Positions 39,829 through 52,457 of a stretch of DNA of 64,000 nucleotides are shown piece by piece; position 1 is the first letter of the stretch, and every line of letters begins with the position of its first letter. The stretch comes from Eledone cirrhosa (lineage: Eukaryota), in contig OZ024740.1 of NCBI GenBank assembly GCA_964016885.1, forward strand, positions 218,116,001-218,180,000, in the 5' to 3' direction. The position numbers were made by a program, and so were the translations under genes. The notes beneath the pieces were generated by a model. That model worked only from the letters and a program-made list of their open reading frames with translations. It was not told the DNA's origin and did not search any database.

Positions 39829-41905
39829 CTAAATATAGACGGTGCTGCAAAGTTTTTGGGGCCAGTGGACCCTACGACCTGAACGGGTCGTGGTCTTGTA
39901 ACGTGGCGATGGTGGTGGTATAGGGACAGGCGATGATGGTGGTTCAGGAACAGTCGTTCGCTCAACAGGCAAATACGAAGGGGTTCGTGGATCAGGAACC
40001 ACAGCGTCCGTATCAAGGTGCGCCTGCTTAAGCCTGTCTAATGTAACTGTCACTCTGGATCCCTTAATATCTAACGTGAAATGCTTAGCCGAGCGCGCTA
40101 AGACACGGTAAGGTCCAGTGTAAGGCTGTGTGAGCGGCGGCTTCACCGTATCATTCCTTACAAAGACATGCGTCCACGAGGCAATATCCCTCGGGACAAC
40201 AGTCTTGACAGTTTGTTTCCTAGTGTCCATTGGCGGCAAATCCTGGAAATAGGAGCACAAACGGGACACGTAGGAAGCGTGATCTTGGGCATCAAGATCG
40301 ATAGGGGCAAGCATTTGCCCGGGCAACGTCAGAGGGGCACCGTACAGTACTTCGGCCGGTGAAAATCCAAAGTCGACCTTCACCGTTGACCGAATCCCTA
40401 GTAGCACAATAGGGAGGTACTCGCTCCAATGCACCGAGTCCATTGAGGCAATTAAGGAGGCCTTCAGTTGGCGGTGAAAACGCTCCACCATACCATTCGA
40501 AGCGGGATGGTATGCCGTAGTTCGAATGCGTTTAGCACCAATTAATTTTGACAGCTCGAGGAAAAGGCTCGACTCGAACTGTCGTCCACGGTCGGTAGTT
40601 ATTGTGGATGGAACTCCATAACGAGAGATCCATCCAGACACAAGAGCACGTGCTGTTGTCTCCGCGATGATGTTTTTCAAGGGGATGGCCTCAGGCCATC
40701 TCGAAAAACGGTCAATGACGGTAAGTAGATAAGAAAAACCATCGCTGACAGGCCAAGGTCCCACTATGTCAATATGAATATGCGAAAAACGCGCATCTGG
40801 GTTAGCAAAGGTACCCAGGGGAGCCTTGACGTGTCGATGGACCTTTGATCTCTGGCAAGCGACGCAGGAACGGCACCAAGCAGCAATTTCACGCCTCATA
40901 TTTGGCCAGAAAAATCTAGCTGATATGAGCTTTGCTGTGGCAGAAGATCCTGGATGCGAGATACAATGTAATCCCAGAAACACGGTCCGACGATGATTCT
41001 CTGGAACGAAGGGCCTAGGCACGTCCAAAGAGACGTCGCAGAGAATTTGGCCAACTGCAGTCGACAGAGGCAAGTATTTCATCTCGCAATTCGCAAACTC
41101 GGGCGATGTGACATCCAATGACTCAAGGGGAGGCTGATCCGCAGTCAAACGAGTCAGATCTATGTCAGAGGATGACGAGATCGCTGTCACGGGTAAGCGG
41201 GACAAAGCATCGGCCGCTGTATTTAGTGAACCTGGAATGTGTTGGATATCACTCGTATATTGCGAGATGAAATCAAGGTGTCTCGTCTCTCTGGGCGAGT
41301 ATTTATCAGCCTTCGCTCTCAAAGCAAAAGTCAATGGTTTATGGTCAGTGAGGATAGTAAATTGTCTACCCTCTAGCACATGTGAAAAATGTTTCACGGC
41401 CAAATAGATGGCTAAAAGCTCTCTTCCAAAGGTGCTGTAGCGCGTCTCAGCAGGATTTAGCTTTTTGGAAAAAAAACTCCAGCGGTTGCTGGTGACCATT
41501 GATGTTTTGCTGTAGTACTGCGCCCACAGCGATATCCGATGCATCAACACAAAGCGTTAGCTTTGCACCGGGTACCGGGTGAGTCAGTAACGAAGCATTA
41601 GCCAAAACAGTTTTGGCGTGCTGAAAATCAGCAAGTTGAGTGTCTGTCAAAGAAATATCTTTGTTCTTCCTCCGACAATTTTTCAAAATTTCTGTCAGGG
41701 AGAAAAGCAATTTTGCACAATTTGGCACGAAACGCCTATAAAATTTAACCAGACCTAAGAACTGGCGTAACTGACGTAGTGAGGTCGGTGGAGGCAAATC
41801 CTCTATGACCTTAACTCGCTCAGGCCGGGGTCGAATACCGTCAGCATCGATGACGTGACCCAAGAAAGTCAGTCACTCAGCACCAAAAACACATTTGGGT
41901 GCATT
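39829..41905 (-). pseudogene. pol: Ty3/Gypsy pol: RT C-terminus, RNase H and integrase (CsRN1-like)
   Basis: KCVFG..FLGH, LRQFLG, DASD.AVGAVL, RELLAI, TDHKPL, HHCC zinc motif, D-D-E (HIDIVG, TTDRG, MVERFH), GPY; frameshift at the A run near 41469-41477. Confidence 0.95.
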
Positions 41906-41929
41906 ATTGGTTATAGAGTAGTCGCCACT

Positions 41930-42448
41930 TTAGCGGGGTGGTAGAATCAGTGGTCGTTAGTTGCCAGTGTGGTAAGTGATAGTATCCTCGTTGGATTATC
42001 TTGTTGACATAGACGTGAGGGAAGGTCCCTCGATCTATTTACCATCTATTTACAATATTCCTTTCGTCAGGTCGCCAATTCCAACAGCATGGATTAAAGA
42101 TGTCATTGAGACACGAGTAACATAACAACGACTTCAACCGCAGTAATTAGAGATGAAATGTTTGTTTATTTATATGGTTGAAGTTACAGATAAAAAGAGG
42201 TTACAAAAGGGAATGTGCCATTGCGCCGTTAAGCCGGCGAGGCTAGGGGTGCAATATCTCACTGTTACATTATGCGTGTTGCTGGCTTGAAGTTTCCGGT
42301 ACCAGAGCGAGATTCTTCAAATCTTCGCGGTGAATTTCTTCCTCAGGGCGCGTAGGGATACATCCTCTTCTACTGGCGCTGATTGGCTGAACTGAGCCAA
42401 ATCACGCACAGAGAATGTATGTGAGCCCGCGGAATGTAGGTCACTACA
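41930..42448 (-). repeat. Second, diverged Gypsy LTR (type 2) with purine-rich upstream tract and downstream PBS
   Basis: Minus strand GGTTGGAGGTGA then TGTAG at 42448; ends CTAAAG-TGGCGAC (PBS about 41915-41927); 42095-42170 resembles LTR type 1. Confidence 0.65.
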
Positions 42449-44096
42449 TCACCTCCAACCAGATTTTCAGCCGAAAATCGATAACGAAGAAACCAAGGAC
42501 TCACATATTAAATCAGCAAGAACAAATGCTGAAAGAGCACATCAGTGAAAAAAATAATTGAGCAGAAGGTTGCATGCAAGAACAAAAAATGAGGCGCTAC
42601 GGGCCGTGTTGAGCCGCTGTGTCAAATGACCAGTTGTTTTGTTGTTTATACGTGACCGCCAAAGGTCTAACAAAAAACGGATAAAGTCTGACATGGGCGA
42701 AGTTGCTGTTCTTGCATTAAATGTTAATGGTAAGCGTTGTACCAGTAGCTGTGAACGAAGCTATTATGGTAGTTTACCAGTGCTGGCCCCCAGATGTATT
42801 GTCGAATGTGATGTGGAGCCAGGAAAAAATGGCTGGTTGCTTTGTAAAGAACAAAAGGCAAGTTTAATCTGTAGGTGGGTTGCAGTGTAAATTCCATAAT
42901 TCGGGCGAATCCACAGAAGTGGCCGAAATGCTAACATGTCCAGTTCAATTTGTTGCTTTCCCAGCGAGTCGGGCAAAAACAACAAGACGGATGGCCGTCA
43001 TGGACGATCAGTGTGCAACGAGATGCGAAGCTGTTTGAGTTCAGCTGCAATGTATTCTCGTGTTGCGGTGCCTGTTTGAATCCAGTGGATTAAGCTCTGT
43101 GAGCTGCTAGCATGTGACAGCATCTCAACCAGGTGAAAAGGGACTCGCAGAATATTACGTTTGAAGAACATATACCAAGAACAACATGTTGGTGTGTGAT
43201 AAAAAAAATGTGTGCATATGCAGGCATGTAAAACAGCAAAGAATGTGAATGAACAAAAACCATGAGCAAGCAAATAGCAAAAGAGCACAAAACAAGTAAA
43301 TGCATTCTACAAAGAAATATGTGAATGTAACAAACTGATAATTCAAAGTCAATCTAGGGGAGCAGAGAAATTGCTCAATAAGTTCAAAGTTTTTCAAAGT
43401 CAAATAGTTCACACATCACCAGTGTACAGACACTAGTTCTGTCCGAAAACTGAAAAAGAAGTATGTTAATGCCATTAGGGGTTAGATGTATGGTGTTTTT
43501 GTGAGATTTCGTGGCCATTTAACCGTCCCGCCACACGGTAGTGTTGCGTATTGTTAAAGTAATGTCAAAGAATCTTCTGTAGAGTAGGAGTCACCAAATA
43601 TGGCAGTCACGTCTGACGCCATAATGGTGAGAAAACTACTGTCTCAATTTCTCGCGTCCCTGTGGTAACGAGACAGAAGGTTGCGTCGGTAAAGTTACAA
43701 GCCGTTTCGAAATTTCCGATGTGTGGTGGTCGGCGTCGGTAAGGTTATGAAGCTGCCACTCACTGTTCCCTGTATTGGTCAGTGGTTAAACAACGCTGTC
43801 GCTGCTGCTGTCATTGTTGTTGTCAAGCGTAGCCATAACATGTCGGTAGCCATCTTGAAATTTTTTCGTGGCGAAAAAGTTTTTGAAATACTGCTAATTT
43901 TTCAAAAATCTTAAAAGGAATATTCTGGATTTTCGCAAGTTGCGACGTGGCAATAAAAGTTAAACTGAATGAATAAGAAGGGCTGCGTGATATTCTTACG
44001 TCGATCACCACTTTAGTAGTATTAGTTGTAGATGATATCGAGATACGAGTGACATAATAACAGCAGAAATTAGAGATGAAATATACGTTTATTTTT

Positions 44097-44100
<4 letters not shown>
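42449..44100 (-). mobile_element. Gypsy 5' LTR remnant (44013-44100), PBS (TGGTGATCG, ~44000-44010) and decayed internal sequence
   Basis: LTR match to 39380-39466; PBS junction CTAAAG-TGG; weak integrase-tail similarity at about 42600-43160. Confidence 0.6.
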
Positions 44101-44143
<43 letters not shown>

Positions 44144-44146
<3 letters not shown>

Positions 44147-44330
44147 GGGGGGGAGGCAAAGGAAAGTGATCGCGTCTCTCACAGCCTCTCCTCTCCAGGT
44201 GTAGTGATTGCTGTAGGACTGCTACTTGGCTGTGCCTAGTGGAAAGTTCTTGCTAATGGCCTCTCCTACACTACTGTGTCCACAGCAGCACCTTCACGTG
44301 GTACCCTCTGTTCTCACTGAGCCTGCTGTG
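44144..44330 (+). ncRNA. Candidate HDV/CPEB3-like self-cleaving ribozyme at the RTE 5' end
   Basis: P2 CACAGCAG/CTGCTGTG, P3 ACC/GGT, L3 TTCACGT, P1 3' strand CCCTCT able to pair with the G run at 44144; long hairpin-forming J1/2. Confidence 0.62.
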
Positions 44331-44726
44331 TGGCGCAATCGGGTGCTCGGCGGTATAACCAGGTGGGCAGACTGGGCTCGTTAGCCTTGGTTGGCAGCCA
44401 GTCTAGGAGAAGGAAAACTCTGACTCCAAACCCTCACTCCGCTGCCTTGCGGGTGCTCTCGGGAGAGGGAAAGGCTATGGGAGTGAACCCAGACAGAAAA
44501 TCCGGAGTAGAGACCGGAAGGCGGTAGGCTGTCGAATCTTGACCCCTTTCCGGCAACTCCTGCAGTCAACCAGACTCCAAACGTACTGCATTGCATTCCT
44601 TTGGATCACGTCTCTAGCGGTAGGAGGGACCATTGAAGTCCCACTGGTCAGCTACCGCCCACCTTGAGCTGGGCAGCCCCCGGCCAATAATGGTGCTGAC
44701 CCGACACAGTCTGCCCGCTTCAATAG

Positions 44727-47700
44727 GTGCTTGGAGCTAGGACAAAATCTGAAGAGCAGACTGTAAACCCTGCACCAGCAAATAAACAAAAACCGCATAC
44801 CCAGCTACCAGTCTTGCGACTGGCCACCTGGAATGTCAGGAACATGTGCCCTGGCATCACTGACGAATTGCGACAGATAAATGACAGCAGAAAAACAGCA
44901 GTCATCAATGCCGAATTGAAAAGACTGAACATTGACATAGCGGCGCTGCAAGAGACCAGACTCGCCGCAGACGGCATGCTACGGGAGAAGGACTACACCT
45001 TCTGCTGGCAGGGGAGACCCGCCGAGGAGGCCCGCCAGCACGGCGTCGGGTTCGCCGTGAGGAACGGCTTACTCCCCATGATAGTCCCTCCTGCAAATGG
45101 CTCGGAGCGCGTCCTCTCTCTTAGTCTTTCAACATCATCGGGGAAGGTAAACATAGTTAGCGTTTATGCCCCAACACTCTGCTCTCCTCAAAAAATAAAA
45201 GACCGGTTCTATGAGGAGCTCGACGCCACCATCAACAAGATACCAGGGTCGGAGCCCATCTTCCTGCTGGGCGATTTCAACGCAAGGGTGGGATCCGATC
45301 ATAGGGCATGGCCAGATTGCCTCGGACACTTCGGCGTAGGAAAGATGAATGAAAATCGCCAGAGGTTGTTGGAGCTTTGCTCTTACTGGAAACTCTGCAT
45401 TTCCAACACATTTTTCAGGACTAAGCCACAACACCAGGTCTCATGGAGGCACCCAAGGTCTGGACACTGGCACCAGCTAGATGTGATCATCGCCAGGCGA
45501 GCCCACCTCGGCAGTGTGCTTCTCACGCGCAGCTTCCACAGTGCTGACTGTGATACAGACCACTCCCTGGTGTGCAGCAGGGTCCGACTGGCGCGAAAGA
45601 AGATCCACCACACTGGAGGGAAAAGCCGCCCACGCATCAACGCCGCCAGGGCAACCAACCCAGAGCTTCGCTCAGAATTCATCAACTGCATGGAGGAGGC
45701 CCTTAAAGATCACGCAGCCACATCCATCGAGGAGAGGTGGCAGCTCATCCGTGACACCACTTTCAGAATAGCCATGTCTACCCTGGCGAAGAAGGAGCGG
45801 AAAAACCAAGACTGGTTTCAAGCTCACCTGCCTCAGATGGAGCCTGTCATTGCCGCCAAGAGGGAAGCACTGGTTAACTATAAGCGCGACCCATCGGACA
45901 AGAACCTGGCTACTCTGAGAACAGCCAGAAGCGACGCCCAAAGGACGATGCGCCAACACCTACTGGCAGAACCTATGCCAGAACATCCAGTCCTGTGCTG
46001 ACAGTGGTAACGTGCAAGGGATGTACGAAGGGATGAAGAAAGTATTCGGGCCTACTGCCAGCAACATCACTCCACTGAAGCCCAGGGATGGCGAAGTCAT
46101 CAAAGACCGAGCAAAACAGATGGAGAGGTGGGCCGAGCATTACCAGAACCTCTACTCCACTGAGACTGCGGTCACCAAGTCTGCACTCGCTGGAATTTCT
46201 GCTTTGCCTGTCATCGAGGAGCTTGACCTGCCCCCGACAAAGGAGGAACTGAACAGAGCTATCGACTCACTCGCTCGGGGCAAGGCATCAGGCTAAGACG
46301 GCATCCCTGCGGAAGTCATCCAGTGCGGGAAGCCAGCCCTTCTGGGCCATCTCCACGAGCTGCTCTGCCAGTGCTGGGAGGAGGGTTCTGTCCCCAAGGA
46401 CATGCGAGATGCAAACATTGTGACGCTGTATAAAAACAAGAGGGACAGAAGCGACTGCAACAACTACAGAGGCATATCAGCACCGTCGGTAAGGCATTCG
46501 CCAGGGTGGTCCTGAAGAGGTTGCAAATACTTGCAGAGCGTGTGTACCCCGAGTCCCAGTGCGGTTTTAGGGCGGAGAGGTCCACAATCGACATGATCTT
46601 CTCACTCAGACAGCTTCAAGAAAAGAGTCGAGAGCAGAGGCAGCCCCTCTATGTGGCTTTTGTCGAGCTGGCTAAGGCGTTCGACAATCAGCAGGGGGGG
46701 GGCTTTTTGCACTCCTGGGGAGGATCGGTTGCCCTCCAAAACTGTTGAAACTCATCACCTCTTTTCACGACGGTATGCAGGGGACGGTGCAGTTTGACGG
46801 ATCACCCTCAGAGCCGTTCCCCATCCAGAGTGGAGTGAAACAGGGTTGCGTCCTGGCACCGGCGCTCTTCGGAATTTTCTTCTCCCTTGTCCTGTCCTAT
46901 GCCTTCAGGACGTCCGACGACGGAATGTTGCTCCACACCAGGTCTGACGGCAGGCTGTTCAACCTCGCACACCTCAGAGCCAAGACCAGAGTACGCCAGG
47001 TGCTGGTCAGGGAGATCCTTTTTGCTGACGATGCCGCCCTAACATCCCACACGCAGCCAGGTCTCCAGAGGCTGGTCAGCTCCCTGGCACTCGCTTGCCA
47101 AGAGTTCGGCCTTACTATCAGCCTGAAAAAGACGGAGATAATGGGCCAGGGCGTCGGATAGGTCCCCAGCATCAGTGTCGGCGATCACGGCTTGCAAGTG
47201 GTGAATGAGTTCACTTACCTGGGATCCACAGTCTCCAGCAACCTGTCTGTCGAACCAGAGCTGAACAGACGGATAGGGAAAGCTGCTGCTGCCATGGCTA
47301 AGCTCTCCAGGAGAGTGTGGGAAAACAACATGCTCACCATAACCTACAAGATCGCAGTGTACCGAGCCTGCGTACTGAGCACCCTACTCTACGGCAGCGA
47401 GAGCTGGACAACATACGTCCGACAAGAACGCCGCCTCAACAGCTTCCACATGCGGTGTCTTCGACGGATCCTTGGCATCTCCTGGAAGGACCGTGTACCA
47501 AACAGAGACATCTTAAACCAGACAAATATGCCAAGCATGTACGCCCTCCTCACGCAGAGTCGACTGCGCTGGCTCGGGCACGTCCGCCACATGCAGGACG
47601 GTCGCATTCCTAAAGACATCTTGTACGGTGAGCTCACCACAGGATTCCGATCCATAGGACGTCCACAGCTGCGATACAGGGATGTGTGCAAACGCGACCT

Positions 47701-47962
47701 GAGGACTACGGACATCGGTGTGGACACCTGGGAGGAGACAGCTGCTGACCGCTCTGCCTGGTGTCGGACAGTGAGGAAAGGCGTTTCCACGGCTGAGGAA
47801 AGGAGGACGCGGCTGTGGTCAGACAGGCGAGACGAGAGAAAGACCACTGCAGCAACAACCCAGGCGTACCCATCGACCTTCACGTGCAGCAACTGTGCCA
47901 AAGACTGCCACTCCAGAATTGGGCTGTTCAGTCACAGCAGACGCTGCTTATCATCAAACTAG
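44727..47962 (+). pseudogene. RTE ORF (AP endonuclease + reverse transcriptase), disrupted
   Basis: TWNVR, LQET, GVGF, VYAPT, GDFNA, TDH; QCGFR, GVKQGCVLAP, FADD, YLGS, WLGHV, CxxC..SRIGL.SH. Stops at 46294 and 47159; frameshifts or deletions near 45945, 46480 and 46690. Confidence 0.95.
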
Positions 47963-48099
47963 CCCCCCCCCCCCCTGGTGCAATCCATTGTCTATCGAGA
48001 CAGAAGGGAGCCATCATTTATATATATATTCCATGTGTAGACAATGAGTTAGCAAAAATTATAGATGGTCGGACAAAATACCATTCAATATGACGATGG

Positions 48100-48335
48100 A
48101 CCAGTGTCGGTTTTGATGATGGGTGTTTCAGTTGTTTGATAAACAGAACGACTTGTTCATGAAATTAACATGTAAGTGACTGAGCACTCCACAGACACGT
48201 GAATCCTTGATATAATTCTCCGTGAAATTAAGCATAAAATAGTGTATGACAAGGCTGGTCCTTTGAAATACAGATACAGTTCATCTGACGGGCTACCAAA
48301 CAGTTTCTGTTTACCCAATTCCACCCACAAGGAAT
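48100..48335 (-). mobile_element. SINE family 2 fragment (3' part)
   Basis: Similar to 49130-49300 and the reverse complement of 61600-61780. Confidence 0.65.
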
Positions 48336-48369
48336 GAGCCAACGTTAAGTTAAAGCAATTTAAGTTAAA

Positions 48370-48457
48370 GCCTTTCATCCTTACGGGACCGATAAAATAA
48401 AGTACCAGTAATACACTGGGGGTAATTGCTGGCCTTGTGCCAAAAGTAGAAATAATT
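48370..48457 (+). mobile_element. SINE family 1, 5'-truncated
   Basis: GCCTTTCATCC..GATAAAATAAAGTACCAG..GGCCTTGTGCC; TTAAGTTAAAGC repeated on both sides. Confidence 0.8.
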
Positions 48458-49129
48458 AAGTTAAAGCAAATGACATTTGCCCCAGATGCCATATCAGTGT
48501 AATCAAACCTGGGACATAATGATTGCAAAGGGAATCTCTTAACCTCTTAACCATTCGGCCATTTCCTTACGGTGTATTCACGTCCTTTACCTGCCAGACC
48601 ACAGGAGTTACCGGATCATGTAGTGCCGGATTTAGGAGGTCGAGCCTGTGTAAATCTCAACAAAAGTAAACACGAGACCTTGTACCTAACTTAGAAATCA
48701 TTATTTAGAATAATTTTAGTGTGAAAGTGACAATTAAAATGTATGCCTATGTTGAAAGGTTGCTTATTCAATAACGCCTCAAGTAACTAGGAAGTAGGTT
48801 AATAGAATCTTAAAATACTAGAAAATGTCGAATGTTACACTGCATTTTTACATCAATTACTCAGTTAACTACGATGATATTGGCGTCTAACGTAGACTTA
48901 ATGAGTTACAGTCACTAAGTGCAAATCTTAATTGGTAAGTTGCCAAATAGGTTTGTTTGCGGCAATGATATGCTAGGAAAGAAAACAACAACAGCAGTAC
49001 AACATTCCAACGAATGTATATAATAAACGAAAGCATGTGTGTTTAACCTGCGTATGACATCCTACGTAAGGTCTTTTACATACGATAGATAAATCTATCG
49101 GTTTCATAAGCTATGTTGTGTGTTGGAAC

Positions 49130-49432
49130 TTCATCGGTTCTGATGATGGATGTTCAAGTTATTTGATCAACGGAACAGTCCGCTTGTGAAATTAACGTGA
49201 AAGTAAGTGGTTGTGCATTCCACAATTATGTGTACCTTTAACGTAATTCGCAGGGAGATTCAGCGTGACACAGGCTAGCTCCTTTGAATCGAAGGCACAA
49301 ATCATTTTTTCCGGCTGAGTGGCTTGGACCGAGGGAAAATATAGTGCCATGCTCAAGGACAAAACTTGCGGCCTAGAATCAAACCTTGCGATCATGTACC
49401 AAAGACCCTAACCACTAAGCCACGCTCCTTCA
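49130..49432 (-). mobile_element. tRNA-derived SINE family 2 with CORE-like segment
   Basis: A-box TGGCTTAGTGG; TGTCCTTGAGCATGGCACT; body shared with 61477-61790. Confidence 0.75.
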
Positions 49433-49939
49433 CGCAATCTACGTTACTAACATTCGTTTTCTGTAACTAGATGGAGACATATGTCGTACATAAACAGAAA
49501 CTGTCAAATAACTATTACAGCTATATATGTTATGTTGAAGGTTAGTTTTATTTGGCACCAAATTGAATACATCATCTGGCGCAACTTCTTTATTACCCCA
49601 CATTTGAAATTGAAACAAACATCATCTTAGTGTAACATTAGGCCATAATCTTAAACGCTAACTTTAACCCTTACCCAGAGACTAACCATAGTTCTAAATC
49701 CCCATTCAGTATACCACAGTCGACCTTATTATCCAAATGCATGTTAGAGAATCATTTTGGTTATATAGATCATTTTCATTATATATTCTATATATGTATA
49801 TATATATATAATTAAGTTAAAGCAAATGACATTTACCCCAGATGCCATATCAGTGTAATCAATCCCTGGGTAAGGGTTAAAGTTAGCGTTTAAGATTATG
49901 GCATAATGTTACACTAAGATGATGTTTGTTTCAATTTGA

Positions 49940-50137
49940 AATGTTTGTCTGTGTGTGTGTGTGTGAGTGTGTGTGTGCACACAACTTCTTCCTCGCGTTT
50001 TAAGCCACAGTTGCTTACTTACGTACCACCAGACTCTTACTTCTTTGCCAGCCGTGGTTGTGGCAATACTAAGCTTAGCTAAGGCGGTTATATATTTCAC
50101 AATTCCTTATCCCGTGCAACGCCGGGTACCACTGCTA

Positions 50138-50138
<1 letters not shown>
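49940..50138 (+). mobile_element. Helitron-like 3' end
   Basis: Hairpin CCCG(T)GC-AAC-GCCGGG (50111-50126), CTAG at 50135-50138, then (TA)n; 5' boundary uncertain. Confidence 0.65.
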
Positions 50139-50201
<63 letters not shown>

Positions 50202-50639
50202 TAAATGGATAGAAATATATATATATATATGTATATATATGAGAGAGAGAGCGAGAGAGAGAGAAATGGATAGAAATAGAGAGGGAGAGTCAGAGAGAGA
50301 GAGAGATTACACACACACAACGGTATATGCGACGTGCTTAGGTACAGTTTCTGTTGAGTAAGTTTTGTTAGCAAGGTTAAATCGACCAGAACTATTGTAG
50401 ACATTACGAAACCATATAGAATACTTACGATGCGAATTTCTAAATAACCAATAACATCTTACTTCCATGTAATTAATTCTATGAGACATGTCTCTCTTGT
50501 CGTTTAGACCAAGTCAACTCTGAGTGAGTTGAAATATGATCAAAAACATTCTGGCTTTAACTATCTAATGAGGAACTATATTATCTAATGTGCTCATTAG
50601 GGGATAATTTGAAGAACTTAACTACTGTAACTTAATAAT

Positions 50640-50785
50640 AACCAAATAAGTTCGCTTCACAAACATGAGATTCTGGATCGGATTCCACTGTGTGATGTCT
50701 TGAGCAAGTGTCTTTTACCTTACCCTCGGTTTAAACCAAGAGTTCTCATTGAAATTTGGTAGACAGAAGCTGTTTAGAAACCTGG
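50640..50785 (+). mobile_element. Decayed tRNA/CORE-like SINE
   Basis: tRNA-like arm followed by TCTTGAGCAAGTGTCTT; the body resembles the reverse complement of 48300-48335. Confidence 0.5.
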
Positions 50786-50909
50786 GATTCCCCATTGTTT
50801 CATAACAAAATTCCCTGTTTAATCTAACGCTTCTAATCGGCGACGAATACATCTCGTCTTTTATACTCAGTCATTGCATTTAGGACCACATTATCTAACC
50901 AGTAGTCGG

Positions 50910-51060
50910 ACGCCATGCTTTGAAGCATATAGGTACGTCCCTTTATGACCTGAGTTCAAATCCCGCCTAGGTTAACTTGGCCTTTCATCCTTACGGGGTC
51001 GATGAAATAAAGTACCAGTAATGTACTGGGTAATTGCTGGCCTTGTGCCAAAAAAAAACA
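50910..51060 (+). mobile_element. SINE family 1 with 20-bp flanking direct repeat
   Basis: B-box GAGTTCAAATCC; ATTATCTAACCAGTAGTCGG at 50890-50909 and 51061-51080. Confidence 0.85.
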
Positions 51061-51084
51061 ATTATCTAACCAGTAGTCGGTGGA

Positions 51085-51220
51085 TTAATTGGCAGAGTCA
51101 TTAGAAGTCGCATAGAATGTTTTGGAGTATTTGTTCTAATTCTCCAATCCAGCCGAGGTCAACTTTGCTTTTCATCCTTTCGAGGTCGATAAAAAAAGTA
51201 CCAGGCTAGTACTGGAGTCA
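51085..51220 (+). mobile_element. SINE family 1-related older copy
   Basis: TTGGCAGAGTC head; GCTTTTCATCCTTTCGAGGTCGATAAAA..AGTACCAG. Confidence 0.7.
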
Positions 51221-51516
51221 ATTCTTATTCTATATTTCTGCCTCACTTCCATTCCTTTCCTCTCTATCCTTCTCTGGAAGAAATCTGCTATATTCAGACC
51301 TGGAGAGGAGATGGGTTCCGCCAGGTCTGAAAGATTGTTGAAGAAACGCCGTATGTCAATATGGTGACTCTACAATTCCTTCCAGAGTTTCGGATGTATA
51401 CATACATGGTGTAAGACACTGGCTCAAAGGGCTTAACAGCGGGACTGAACCGCTATATCGTGGTTGCAATCCAGTCCTATTAACCACACAGCCACATATG
51501 TAAATGAATATGTATA

Positions 51517-51547
<31 letters not shown>

Positions 51548-51617
51548 ATAGTTATATAAAATTTCCATTAATATAGAGTTCCTAATGTCAAAGTCTGAAA
51601 ATTCTTTTAGTAGAATT

Positions 51618-51987
51618 GTGTGTGTATTATGTATGAATGTATGTTTGTGAGTGTATATATGTGTATATGTATGTATGTATGTATGAATGTATATGTGTAT
51701 GAAGGTATATCTATATATATATATGTGTGTGTGTAGGTATGTGTGTGTGTACGTATGTGTGTGTATATATGTATATATATATGTGCATGTATGTTTGTGT
51801 GTATGTGTATTTGTGTATATGTATATATTTATGTATGTATGATGGTGTATATATATGTATGTGTGTGTGGGGGGGTATGTATGTGTATTTGTGTATATGT
51901 ATATATTTATGTATGTATGATGGTGTATATATATATATATATGTGTGGGTGGGTATGTATGTGTGTGTCTGCATGTATCTATGTGTG

Positions 51988-52060
<73 letters not shown>

Positions 52061-52120
52061 ATGTATGTTTGTCTGTGCATGTGTATTTGTGTATATGTAT
52101 ATATTTATGTATGTATGATG

Positions 52121-52167
<47 letters not shown>

Positions 52168-52258
52168 CATGTATGTTTGTGTGTATGTGTATTTGTGTAT
52201 ATGTATATATTTATGTATGTATGATGGTGTATACACCATCATACATACATAAATATAT

Positions 52259-52293
<35 letters not shown>

Positions 52294-52320
52294 TATGTAT
52301 ATATATATGTATGTATGATG

Positions 52321-52417
<97 letters not shown>

Positions 52418-52418
52418 T

Positions 52419-52457
<39 letters not shown>

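Larger units (their letters stand above)
44144..48018 (+). mobile_element. Full-length RTE-clade LINE inserted in (TA)n
   Basis: Structured ~600-nt leader, APE + RT ORF, C-terminal Cys/His motif, short 3' UTR with TGTCT-ATCG-AGACA hairpin; TA repeats on both sides. Confidence 0.95.
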
